Below are positions 51,514 to 63,231 of a DNA stretch of 64,000 nt, piece after piece. The DNA is from Octopus sinensis (taxonomy: Eukaryota). The stretch lies in NCBI RefSeq assembly GCF_006345805.1, contig NC_043011.1, positions 26,858,464-26,922,463 of the forward strand, written 5' to 3'. The notes beneath the pieces are model-generated. The model saw only the letters and a list, made by a program, of their open reading frames with translations. It was not told the origin of the DNA and did no database searches. Numbering within the stretch: the first letter of the stretch is position 1; the number at the start of each line of letters is the position of its first letter. Both the position numbers and the translations under genes were made by a program.

Positions 51514-51901
51514 AGGAGTGGCTGTGTGGTAAGTAGCTTGCTAACCGACCACATGGTTCCGGGTTCAGTCCCACTGCATGGCATCTTGGGCAAGTGTCTT
51601 CTTCTATAGCTCCGGGCTGACCAATGCCTTGTGAGTGGATTTGGTAGATGGAAACTGAAAGAAGCCTGTCGTATATATGTATATATATATATATATGTAT
51701 GTGTGTCTGTGTTTGTCCCCCTAGCATTGCATGACAACCGATGCTGGTGTGTTTATGTCCACATTACTTAGTGGTTCGTCAAAAAAGACCGATAGAATAA
51801 GTACTGGGCTTACAAAAAGAATAAGTCCTGGGGTCGAGTTGCTCGATTAAAGGCGGTGCTCCAGCATGGCCGCAGTCAAATGACTGAAACAAGTAAAAAA
51901 G
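51514..51901 (+). mobile_element. SINE family A, full length
   Basis: Near-identical to the 37923 copy. Confidence 0.9.
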
Positions 51902-52020
51902 TATATATGTGTGTGTGTGTGTGTGTGTGCGTGTGTGTATATATTTGTATATATATATATATGTATATATATGTACACATATATATATATATGTAAATAT
52001 GTATATATGTATATATATGT

Positions 52021-52592
52021 TGTATTCCTGTGAAACTTGGACTTGTTTTGAAAGGCATTTCAAAATGTTTGAACAATTCCACCAAAAATGCCTTCATTGC
52101 ATTTAAAAAATTAAATGGAGTTCTTTTACTCCAAACACAGATGTCCTTGCATCTGCAGGCATCACCTCAATTAAGCTATGATTTTGAGGAACCAATTGAG
52201 ATGGTGCGACCATATTGTTCAAATAGCAGATGAGTGCATGCCAAAACAGCTGTTTTATGGTGAGCTTGCAGAGTGGAAATGCTATTGGTGTAAACCTAAA
52301 AAAAAGGTTTAAGGGCAGCATAAAGACTACTATGAAGTCACTTGGAATGGCTCCAGAAGATATAGAAACCCTTGTTGTAGATGGAGGTAGATGGTGAGCA
52401 AAGGTGTGGAGTGGAGTAAAAGCATTTGAAGAGGCCAGGATAACACAAGTAAGACTCAAAAGAGATCTAAGGAAGGATGTAATGATTGAGAAGGTGAATA
52501 ACAATGACCTTTTTGTGTGCACAGTCTGTGACAGACCATGCCTGTCTTTTGCTGGCCTCAAGTCTCATATTAGAAGACACAACATATTATGA
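52021..52592 (+). mobile_element. RTE (BovB-like) LINE 3' remnant with C2H2 finger
   Basis: LYSCETWT...FHQKCL, QLRW.DH...MPKQLFYGEL and CTVCDRPCLSFAGLKSHIRRH. Confidence 0.88.
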
Positions 52593-53216
52593 AAGGCCCA
52601 ACACTACAGTCAGTAGAAAATAATGAGACCTAAAATCCATGTTAAACCTATACAGAGAAGGGCTCACTGACTAAGAATATGACTATATGACCAACTCAAA
52701 AGTAAAACCAGTCAATTCTGCAGTATTCCCAAGATACACAAAAGTAAGAAAATAGGTAACATATGCAGGGTAGCCACAGACATAATAAAGTCCTTACTCC
52801 TAATGACCTCAAGAGATGGAGGAAAAGAAAATTACATAGAAATAGTTTAATATTTATACTTATTATTTATCTAAATATTAACTTATTAGATGGTATCTCT
52901 GGAGATTGGTCAGTTGGATTCTACTGGTATTTAATAAAGGAGCACTGAAGCTAAAGAACATGTTAGCTATATACTTATTTAATTAAATTGAATTATTTTA
53001 TGTTATGGAGATACTGGTATTGTCTTATATAAGCTAAGTATGAATTAATAGGGGTACACAAAAATTAGAGTGTTTGTAGAAAACCCACCTCAACAAAATT
53101 GCACCTGACTCATGAGGGCACAGAAAAGTGGATGTAAATAAAAAATGATTATATGTTTGTTTACATATGTGTGTGTGTGTGTGTGTGTATGTGTGCATAT
53201 TTCTATATATATGTGG

Positions 53217-53370
53217 AGGCGCAATGGCCTAGTGGTTAGGGCAGCGGACTTGCGGTCGGAGGATCGCGGTTTCGATTCCCAGACCGGGCGTTGTGTGTGT
53301 TTATTGAGCGAAAACACCTAAAAGCACCACGAAGCTCCGGCAGGAGGTGGTGATCCCTGCTGTACTCTTT
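53217..53370 (+). mobile_element. tRNA-derived SINE head (further family)
   Basis: A box TGGCCTAGTGG and B-box-like GGTTTCGATTCC, followed by a non-tRNA body. Confidence 0.7.
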
Positions 53371-54789
53371 CACCACTCTAAAAAGCGGTGCTCCAGCATG
53401 GCCGCAATCAAATGACTGAAACAAGTACAGAAAAAAAAAAAAATATACACACACATGCATATATACATATATATTTATATATACATATACACACATACAT
53501 ATGTATACACATACACCCATACCCATATATACATATATACACACATATATGTACACACACACACACACATATATACATACACATAGACACCCACATATAT
53601 ACACACATATATACATACACACACACACAGAGACATTGCACACATACATACATACACGCACACACATATACATTACAAGTGTTTTATTGTTTGTGTTGAA
53701 AGAGTAAACTAGCTGATAAATTGAACTTTCTAGACTCTATTTGTTGTCATGTATCTCACTGATTGTAGCCTCATAGTCTGTTTCAAGTATATCTAATTTG
53801 CTTAATATCATCAATGCTTGATTGGTTGGTTTTGTTTGGTTTAACGTCTTATTTATTTATTTTTATAATGCTTTCGTCTATACTTGTTTTGTGAGGCTAC
53901 CTCTATCTCATCTCCACCCTGATCTTTCTTCCTTCATGTCATTTGCAGTGGTGGTGGTGGTGGTGGGAGTTATCTAGCTTTGTACTCGTTACTATTGCTT
54001 CTACCGTTTTTTTCTATTATTTTAATGCTATCACCACTATTACAGCCACAGGCTGAACTACAATGAAGGCAAACCCCACCCCACCATCGTCACCAGCACC
54101 ACCAACGTCACCATCTCCACTGTCACCACCACTACCATCCCCCACTACACCACCGTCACTGTCACCGCCTTCATCACCTCCACCTACAACCATCACTACC
54201 ACTCTAACCATCACCATCATGAGCCAACAAAAATATCTCTGTGTGGTTGCTCAAAATACTAGAAATAGTGGTTCAATTTCTTTAAGTTGCTGCGCCATAC
54301 TTTGAACAATTCAGTCCAAGATACTTTTAAGAAGACAGGGTTTGTCAAAGTGGGCATGCCTATATTTATAGGTCTACTGGATCTTGATTAACCTGGGGCT
54401 AAGCAACAACTGAAACAACTACAAGGGAGCCTCTATCTGGTTGCTTGACATACTGGAAACCAGAATTCCCTCAAATAATGCCTTACTAATTTTAATGAAG
54501 GAAGGACTTATTTAGCAATGTAATCCTAGACATATAAAAATGATAAGTAGAGAAACTTCAGGGAGAGCTGAATAGCAGAAAGTCTTTGGAGAAGAAGCAC
54601 CCCTCAAGTGTTTCAGCCCTTAACCCCTTTCACTCTAAGGGGTAAGGCCACATCCAAGTCATGACTCCTGGATATTTCTCTGGTGCCACATTCTCTGCTA
54701 CTGTTTCCACTGTAACCTTACTGGATGATCAGGGTGCTCCAGAACCAGGGTACCTTGGGTGTTTATCCAGTTCAGTCTAAGACACCAGG

Positions 54790-55000
54790 TGACTGTAAGA
54801 TAAATTATGCCTTCTGGAATTCACTTCCATTTGTCTTTGACCAAATCCAGTTGGAACTCTTTTGAACTGCTTCTGCCATTGTTTTTAAGAGCTTTGGTTC
54901 TCTTTTTTTACCCCCAACAAATAGAGAGCCATTTCACAAGATCTTTAGCAGATTTACCCACAGATGTACTTGCACTCACTTCTTAGATGAGGCTTTGGTT
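54790..55000 (-). mobile_element. Probable HERO/R2-like non-LTR 3' remnant
   Basis: The minus strand reads EVSASTSVGKS...KRTKALK/TMAEAVQKSSNWIW, resembling the restriction-like endonuclease tail of HERO-type elements. Frameshifted. Confidence 0.4.
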
Positions 55001-55192
55001 TGAAAGTTAGATTCCTCCAGTCTGCTCTCCAAACTGTTATATTTTTTAAAGATGGACTGGTATCTGGAAGAGTTTTGATAAGTTTCTTCAATTGTAATTG
55101 ATCTAAAGTTAAACAGCAACAATCACCAGTAACCTCAATTTCTATTATGACCACCGTCACCACCACCATCACTATTATTATCATTATTATCA

Positions 55193-55244
<52 letters not shown>

Positions 55245-57165
55245 CATTGTTGTTGTTGTTATTGTAATTACCTTCTGCTATAGATAGTTTATAACAAAAT
55301 AAAGTATGGAATTTTGTTGTTAAATGTTTTAAGTTCATTTTTTAATTAAATCATTTTTCCTTACTGTTTACTTAAGCAAGTAAATTAATCTATTTGTTTT
55401 TTTTGTTTTGTTTTGCTTTGTTTTGATTTTCAAATTTTGTTTTAGAAATACATATATTTTAATTTAATTTGTGTGTGTGAGTGTGTGTATTTAATTTTTT
55501 TTCTTCTTAATTATGACATCACAGAATAAATATAGTAAGCCAATTACCAGAAATTTTTAGTAATAGAAATTGAAAAAGGAAAGGTCTTAGAAAATATAAA
55601 AATATATATATATTAAATTTAAAATATATTTTGAATTTGTTTGTCTATTGGTTGTCACTATCATCATCATTGTGTCAAATTTGCTCAGTCTGATGATGAT
55701 TTTGAAGTCAGATCTGTATCGCCCTTATCCCCCATATAATAGTTTTACTCAGTGATAGTTAGTTTCATCTGCTAGTTGATAGTCATATGTCTTCATAGTG
55801 CAACCTTTTTTTAAAATCCTTCTATACGTTGGATATACAGATTTCATGAAGTGGACATAAACACAACTGTCTGCACATGACATACTTCAAAATACTCCAC
55901 TAAACACAATACTCCAATAAATACAAACTCCTCAATTATCTCATCAACTTCCTATCACCTCCATGAACTCTTGACGACTCCTACAACTTTTCAGATAGCT
56001 TTTATTGAAGATGTTTCAAGAAATTTCATGGTACATACCCAATCTGTAGAATGCTATTGTATTAGCCTAGTGCTGGTGTAGTGTTTTCTCCCACCAGCTC
56101 TCACATCCTTGATGTTCCACTGGGTCAAGTGTGGGAGGGCTGAGAAGGTCTCGAGGTCTGCTCACAACAACTACACAAGCTCTTAAAAAGAATTAGCATA
56201 AGCATAGTACAGGGCTACCAGGTCATATTAGCTTTTCAGTGACAGGTAAATGCATTCAGGGATAAATTATCCAATGTGTGCTTCTTTTTTTTAGGATGAT
56301 AGAGTGAGACTTGAGAAAGATTTGGTTAATATTTCTAGAAAATAAAGCGACTACTTAAGGGTTCTCTCTCATTAAATGCTGGAGATCAATTTCATCAACA
56401 GTATTGTGGCTTGGCATTGTGCCAAAGTTAAAAATTATTATTCATTTTGAAATTATTTATTATAATATTTTTGTATTTCTTATATAAAATTAATATGATA
56501 TATATTTATATAAATACATCAATGAACTTGCATTGATCTTTGTTTTGCAGATCAATATTGTCTCCATCTACAACCTAGAATTTTCTTTCATCCCACGGTT
56601 TTTTTTTTTGATTTGTCACTTGTTTATCTCTAACTTTGCTAGCTTGTGGTCGCTGACATCTGGCGCTGCCGAAGTTATCTTTGTAGTATGGCACAGAAGT
56701 CTCACTTTTAGATGGTTTTATCATAAAACAGAAGAGTTAATTAATTAATTAACTATTTAAATATATATGAATATATAAACAGAGTCATGTCTGTATGGTT
56801 TGGACGTTTGCTTCACATCTGTGTGAAATCAGGTTTGGTTCGACTGTGAGGTATCTTGGGCAAATCTCTTCTACTGTAATCCTTTAGCCTCAGTCTGAAC
56901 AATGCTTTGTGAGTGAAATTAACAGATGGAAACTATCAGGAAGCTCATCAAATATACATTGTTGTTGTCATCATCATTGTCATTGCCCGTTAACCTGTTA
57001 ATATTTAGATTACTCTGTCAAATGTAATACTTATTTATTCACATTATTTTGAAATTAACCATGCATTATCTTGTAGCCTTGAGATGTCAGCTATGTGATT
57101 GTTTATTTTTAGAACTATTTTTAGAACTGTTAGGCAGGTGTGAGAGGCCAGATCTGGCTGGTTTG

Positions 57166-57399
57166 TAAGGCGGCGAGCTGGCAGAAACGTTAGCACGCTG
57201 GACGAAATGCTTAGCAGTATTTCGTCTGCCGTTACGTTCTGAGTTCAAATTCCGCCGAGGTCGACTTTGCCTTTCATCCTTTCGGAGTCGATAAATTAAG
57301 TACCTGTTACACACTGGGGTCGATGTAATCGACTTAATCCCTTTGTCTGTCCTTGTTTGTCCCCTCTATGTTTAGCCCATTGTGGGCAATAAAGAAATA
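57166..57399 (+). mobile_element. SINE family B, full length
   Basis: 16-bp TSD agatctggctggtttg at 57150-57165 and 57400-57415. Confidence 0.92.
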
Positions 57400-58919
57400 A
57401 GATCTGGCTGGTTTGAACATAAGACAGGTAGAATATTTGGGCCGGATACGGCCAGTTTAAATGCTAAAGGGTTAATACTAAAAATACCTGGGGTCATTAA
57501 CTCTGAAAGGAATACTGCAGCTGTGATGTTTATGCCCATCATCTGTCTTTAGGGATGCTTAAGCATAACCTAAAAGATTCATTTTGGATCCTTAGCCATC
57601 ACCTTTCACTTGAAGAAGTCTGGAAGATCACAATATCAGTTGATTGAATCAGCCCCAGTATATGATGATGACTTTATTTCATTGACTCCAGAGGATGAAA
57701 GGCAATTTTCCTTTTTTCTTTTACCAGCTTACTCTGAATGGAAGGGCCATGCCCATAGCCTTTGCACATCCTTTGAGCTCACAAGATTCTGTTTGAAGTA
57801 TTTTTATCATTTAACTTTTACTTGTTTCAGTCATTAGACTATGGCCATGCTGGGGCACTGCCTTGAAGAATTTTTAGTCAAATCAATCGACCTCAGTATT
57901 TATTTTTAAGGCGTGGTACTTATTCTATCAGTCTCCTTTGTTGAACTGCTAAGTTACAGGGATGTAAATGCACCAACACCAGTTGTCAAGCAGTGTGTGT
58001 ATGTGGGGGAGGGTTAATAGGGGACAAACACAGACATGAAGACACACACACTACACACACACACACACATACATGACGAGCTTCTTTCAGTTTCTGTTCA
58101 CCAGATCCACTCACAAAGCTTTGGTCAGCCTGAGGCTATAGTAGAAGACACTTGCCCAAGGCACCAAGTAGTAGGATTGAACCTGGAACTATGTGATTGG
58201 GAAAAAAAGTTCTCACCACACATCCACACCTGCACCTATATTGCAAGCCAATAGCTACAAGAAAACATGTGCAGTAGTATGGTGAGATGGTGAGGGATTC
58301 CCGGGAGTTAACATTTTCATATGGAAGGACAAGTTTTGGTGGGTGGGCAGGGCTTTGGTGGGTGCAGTGTACACAATGCACTTGTGCCTGTGTTGTGTAA
58401 ATGCACCCATACCACTGGCTCATAAAAAGCACCCAGCACACTCTGTTAAGTAGTTGGCATTGGGAAGGGCATCCAGTCATAGAAACCATGCCTCAACAGA
58501 CAGCTGGAATCTGAATAGCTCCCTGCTACCCAGCTCCATGTCAAACTGTCCAACCCATGCCAGCATGAAAGTGGACATGAATTAATGATGATAATGATGA
58601 TGTATTCAATTTCAATGCAAACACTACTATTGTAATCTATTCATGTAATGTTCTCATATCAATTGCTTCTGTGGAGATAAGATCGAAATCTTCATCACCA
58701 CCACAACAAGTCTCCTCACATCTCAAGAATCTTATGTAGGCTCCTTGCAAAATATAGGATGGTAATTTTCTGCAGGTCTTCAATGCAAGTTTCAATTCCT
58801 ATGTCTTTCACTCTTTTAGGTAGCATTTTGGGTTTTGTGCCAAGTACACCTATAACTATAAAATAATTGTTTGTTGCCTTGGTCTTTCGCAGTCTCTTCA
58901 GCCGGATCCTGATTTTCTC

Positions 58920-59185
58920 AACCCTCCTCCTCCTCCCCTTCTTCTTCTTCTGCCTCCCCCTCCCCTCCTCCTTCCTCCTCGTCCTCCCCTCCTCCCCCTC
59001 CATTTCCTCCTCCTCCCCTTCTTCCTCCTCTTCCTCCTCTCCCTCTCCTTCTTCCTCTCCCTTCCTCCCCTTCCTCTTCTTCCCCTCTTCCCCTCCTCCA
59101 CTTCTTCCTCCTCCCCCTCTTCCCCCTCTTCCTCCCCCTCTTCCTCCTCTTTTCCCCCTCCTTATCCTCCTCCCCCTCCTCCTTG
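58920..59185. repeat. Polypyrimidine/polypurine (CCT/CTT) tract
   Basis: About 265 nt of almost pure C/T on the + strand. Confidence 0.95.
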
Positions 59186-59784
59186 CAGTGAGCTGGCAGA
59201 ATCGTTAGCACACTGGACAAAATGCTTACTGGCATTTCTTCAAGCTCTTTGTGTTGTGTTTCAGATCTTGCTAAGATCGGCTTTATCTTTCATCCTTCCA
59301 GGGTTGATAAACTAAAATACCAGTTGCTTACTGTGGTCGATGAAGTTTTCAAACCCCATCTCCCTAAAATTACTGGCCTCGTGCCAAAATTTGAACCCAT
59401 TATTATCATTATTACATTCATCAGTGTTATAACTGAATTAAAGAAGCAACTTTGCTCTCCACTCCTCCCACTCTCTTATTCATTCACACACTCTCTACTT
59501 CACACACACACGTGCACACACATGCACACACACACGTGCACACACATACACACACACACACACATACACACACACACACATACTCTCTCATTTTCTCACT
59601 CTCCCTCCCTCCTTCCTCTTTACCTCCTCCTCTCTGATATTACATTTCTTTGATTACTCTTCTTTCATGAGGAGGAACCTTGGCATTCTTCATTTGGCTT
59701 CACCTCCATTTGAAGCAGCACAATATCTCTTCAAATGTTCATTGATGCATTCTTTGTATCATAAAGTAAATATGTTGGATTCTA

Positions 59785-60140
59785 TTTCCTTAACCTTAGC
59801 GAAGGTAGAGGTATTGTTTTCAGTCGCATTTGTTTGTCTGTGAACAAGATATCTCAAGAACCACTGGATGGATTCTGATGAAGCTTTCAAGGATGTTTGA
59901 CATCGTGACCGGCACGAACTGATTAGATTTTGGGATCGATCCGGCATTGGGCAAGGATTCTGGATTATTTTTCTGTTTCTTTTTTTTAATTAATTTCTGA
60001 GAGTGGTCGGGTTCATTCTTAGTATTCTCATTTGTGAGAGCAGTTGAGTTTATTTCAGATATTCTCATTCTAAAAATAATCTCTGGCTAATCGTTGAGAG
60101 GCCGTTGGTGGAGGTTTGGGCCCTCTGAGTGCTCTTGTTT
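59785..60140 (+). mobile_element. Probable Helentron-associated non-autonomous element (HINE/DINE-like)
   Basis: 5' tttgtttgtctgt microsatellite, a gattagattttgggatcgatccgg core, and a 3' ttggtggaggt...ctctgagtgc end typical of these elements. Confidence 0.5.
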
Positions 60141-60401
60141 TCATTTACAGTTACTTGGTTAAGAAGTGCTGACATATCACATCATCAATTACTTTCTGCT
60201 GTAACACACACACACACACACACAAAGAAAAAGAAAACACAAATACAACCAAAACAAAAACAAAAATCTGTTCTCGTTGTTGTTTATAACCCCGCCTCCT
60301 CCGACCACCCCCGTGTAAGAACAGATGTAACAGGCTTTAGGATCAAAGGCATTATATTCATGATCTTTGTGCTTTTAAAAGAATTTTTCATTTTGTTTCA
60401 G

Positions 60402-60620
60402 GCATATCTAAGAATGCATCATCAGTTATATAATGTCCTTGACATTTTTTTAAAACAACTAAATTTAAAATTATTTCTAACAGGACTATTTGATTATTTC
60501 AAGTTATTACAAGCAGATCTAAAGATCTATATCAGTTATCATTATTTAGCTACAGTCAATTTTATCCAGCAGAACTTTGCTCAAATGTATTCCAACCACG
60601 ACTATATCTATTTTCTTTGA
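60402..60620 (+). CDS. Candidate next or alternative terminal exon of the RUN-PDZ gene (AYLRMHHQLYNVLDIFLKQLNL...YFL*)
   Basis: Good acceptor tttcattttgtttcAG, phase 0 matching the previous exon, and 72 open codons in very AT-rich DNA. No convincing donor and no recognisable domain. Confidence 0.3.
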   Translation, partial: AYLRMHHQLYNVLDIFLKQLNLKLFLTGLFDYFKLLQADLKIYISYHYLATVNFIQQNFAQMYSNHDYIYFL

Positions 60621-61287
60621 ACATAGTTTACTTAAGACCAGTTTTCTGCTAGTTTGTTATCCATCTATCTATCTATCTATCCATTCATTCATTCATTCAT
60701 TCATTCATTCATTCGTTTATTCATTTATTCATTTCAGCTAATCTTAATTAGTTTTGCACTGGGAATTAGTTAACTGGATATTTTATAATGGCACAGTTAG
60801 GTAATATCACATGCTCTTCAGAGATGGCAAGTAAGGAATATGTGCATGTCTGTGTGTATAATGTAAGCACAGGCATGGCTTGTGGTTCAGAAGTTTGCTT
60901 CCCAACCACATGGTTTTGGGTTCGGTTCCATTGCATGTCACCTTGAGCATGTGTCTTGTTCTCTAGCTCTGGGTTTGAAAACCTGTCGAGGTTGGCAACA
61001 GGAAGGACGTCTAGCCATAAGAAATCTCTATCATACCATAAAACTAGAAATTTGACAGGAGAAGGTTAATCAATACTGACCTCCTGTACTTTGGCTTGTA
61101 CTTTTATTGACCTCAGTAACGTAATTTGTACAGTAACTACCATCTTTGCCACACCTCCTACCATCTAATATATATATAGTTAGCCTGTATGCAGTTGCTC
61201 ACTCTGCTAGAAATACCAGCGAAATTCTTGCAAAGCTCACCATAGTGTCTTAAAAAAAGGGCACATTGAACGATGTAATCCTAGATA

Positions 61288-61460
61288 CGCAGGAGTGGCT
61301 GTGTGGTAAGTAGCTTGCTTACCAACCACATGGTTCTGGGTTCAGTCCCACCGTGTGGCACCTTGGGCAAGTGTGTTCTACTATAGCCTCAGGCTGACCA
61401 AAGCCTTGTGAGTGGATTTTGTAGACGGAAACTGAAAGAAGCCCATCGTATATATGTATG

Positions 61461-61492
<32 letters not shown>

Positions 61493-61704
61493 TGTGTGTG
61501 TGACCACATATACATATATATATGTTGTCGCTTGACAACTGATGCTGGTGTGTTTGCATCCCCGTAACTTTGTGGTTCGGCAAAAGAGACCGATAGGATA
61601 AGTACTAGGCTTACAAAGAATAAGTCCTGGGGTCGGTTTGCTCGACTAAAGGTGGTGCTCCAGCATGGCCACAGTCAAATGACTGAAACAAGTAAGTAAA
61701 GAGT
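61288..61704 (+). mobile_element. SINE family A, full length
   Basis: Intact head and tail. Confidence 0.9.
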
Positions 61705-62507
61705 ATACATAAAAATATGGTGTAGTTATAGTTGGAAGTACTCTGATCATAGTATTGTTACACAATTACAAACAAATGACTAACCAATGACAGCAAAACT
61801 ATTACATATTCAGCCACAAGATATTTAGATGTTAATTTTAGTAAAAAATGGTATTCTTGTTTGTTCATATAATTGCTTAAGTTTCTCTGCTGATATTAAA
61901 ATTTTTTTATATATTTTTTTATATACCCCAAATTACTAAGCAAAAATTAAAAAAAGAAACACTTTTAAGAGATACTTTAGTAAGTTAATAATAATAATAA
62001 TAACAAGCTAACTGTATACAGTGCTAAGGGTACACTAAAATTTTTTTGGAGAAAAACTTAAGGTCTTGTTTAATGCATCTAAGTTTCCTAAGCGGTCACC
62101 CAACTAAGTACTAACTGGGCTCAACATTGCTTAAGTTCAGTGATAGGGCAAGTACTGGTGTTTTCAATATTATATGGCTATGATATGGTTGACAGATGTT
62201 AAGTATACAGTCCACCTTTGTTTAACACATATAGGGAGAGCTTTAGGGGTTATATGCCAAGTAAAAAGTCAACATATATGTCATTGTATAATACGTGTTA
62301 CTTTCATGTTCCTGGGTGTTGATTATGCCATATATTTTCTAAAATATATCTAAAATATACTACGCATCCTAGAGGACAAAAGTTACATTTTTCATAAACT
62401 AATTTTGACCCCAGCAGAAGGTTATCTTTATTAAACTTGCCATGTCTCTGTAGTGTAATAGTAAAAGAAAAGAATACAGATGATAAGTGATCAACAAGGA
62501 TCTAGAT

Positions 62508-62905
62508 AATACAGTTCTATATTTAAGAGATGAGGAATTATGTACATTACTTACATTCGATGGGTATTTCACTTCAGCTTGTCTGTTGTTAACACAACAT
62601 TTCAGATGATATACCCTCTAGCCTTCATCAGGTGACTTGGGGAAATTTTGAACCTGCTTGTAGGCATATGGCGTAGTGGTTAAGAGCGCGGGCTATTAAC
62701 CCTAAGATTCTGAGTCTGATTCCAGGCTGTGACTTGAATAATTATAATAATAATAATAATAATATCGACAAATACCTTAGGAATGACAACCCAGGCTTGA
62801 AATTTCCCCAAGTCACCTGATGAAGGCTGGAGGGTATACCAGCCGAAATGTGTTAACAACAAACAAGATGAGGACAAATATCCGTCGAATGTAAATAATG
62901 TAAAT
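62508..62905 (+). mobile_element. TSD-bounded fold-back element: inverted arm + tRNA-like head + (AAT)n + hammerhead-bearing tail
   Basis: 12-bp TSD aaggatctagat at 62496-62507 and 62906-62917. A box TGGCGTAGTGG at 62669-62679 and degenerate B box at 62712-62723. Confidence 0.85.
62812..62854 (+). ncRNA. Degenerate hammerhead motif (cleavage triplet missing)
   Basis: GUCAC-CUGAUGA-A-GGCUGG-AGGGUAUA-CCAGCC-GAAAU-GUGUU. It lacks the GUU present in the 26717 and 63109 copies. Confidence 0.55.
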
Positions 62906-63061
62906 AAGGATCTAGATGTTGCTGTTTTTATGTTTTATCTTCTTTTCAATTAAAGTTAAAATTGGGGTGTATATTCAAGACCAGAGCATCCTTGATGCTG
63001 GGAAATCTGATAGTTAACAATGTGAAGGTTAGTCTACTTTTAGCCATCACCCATACAAACA

Positions 63062-63231
63062 ACATTATTTATATTTGACTGATATTTGTCTTCATCTTGT
63101 TTGTTGTTAACACAACGTTTCGGCTGATATACCCTACAGCCTTCATCAGGTGTCTTGGGGAAATTTCGAACCTGCCCGTGGGCATATGGCGAAATGGTTA
63201 AGAGCATGGGCTACTAACCCTAAGATTCTGA
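63062..63231 (+). mobile_element. Truncated second copy of the arm + tRNA-head element
   Basis: Same arm/head junction (gaacctg-cccgtgggcatatggcgaaatgg) as at 62650-62680. Confidence 0.8.
63109..63154 (-). ncRNA. Minimal type I hammerhead ribozyme motif with canonical core
   Basis: GACAC-CUGAUGA-A-GGCUG-UAGGGUAUAU-CAGCC-GAAAC-GUU-GUGUU. Confidence 0.78.

Noticed and set aside
53217-53290. Possible tRNA genes (also 35423 and 62663)
   Set aside because: A and B boxes are present, but there is no complete acceptor stem and each continues into a repeat body. They are SINE heads.
56296-56346. Strong acceptor (ttttttttttAG) as the next exon
   Set aside because: It hits an in-frame stop after 16 codons, has no good donor, and resembles the reverse of the repeat at 17158.
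58716-59235. Glu/Arg/Gly-rich and Pro/Ser-rich ORFs
   Set aside because: These are translations of the CCT/CTT simple repeat.
60821-60829. 9-nt micro-exon candidate AGATGGCAA (ctcttcAG.../GTAAGG)
   Set aside because: The splice sites look good, but there is no supporting homology and such matches are expected by chance. It needs RNA-seq.
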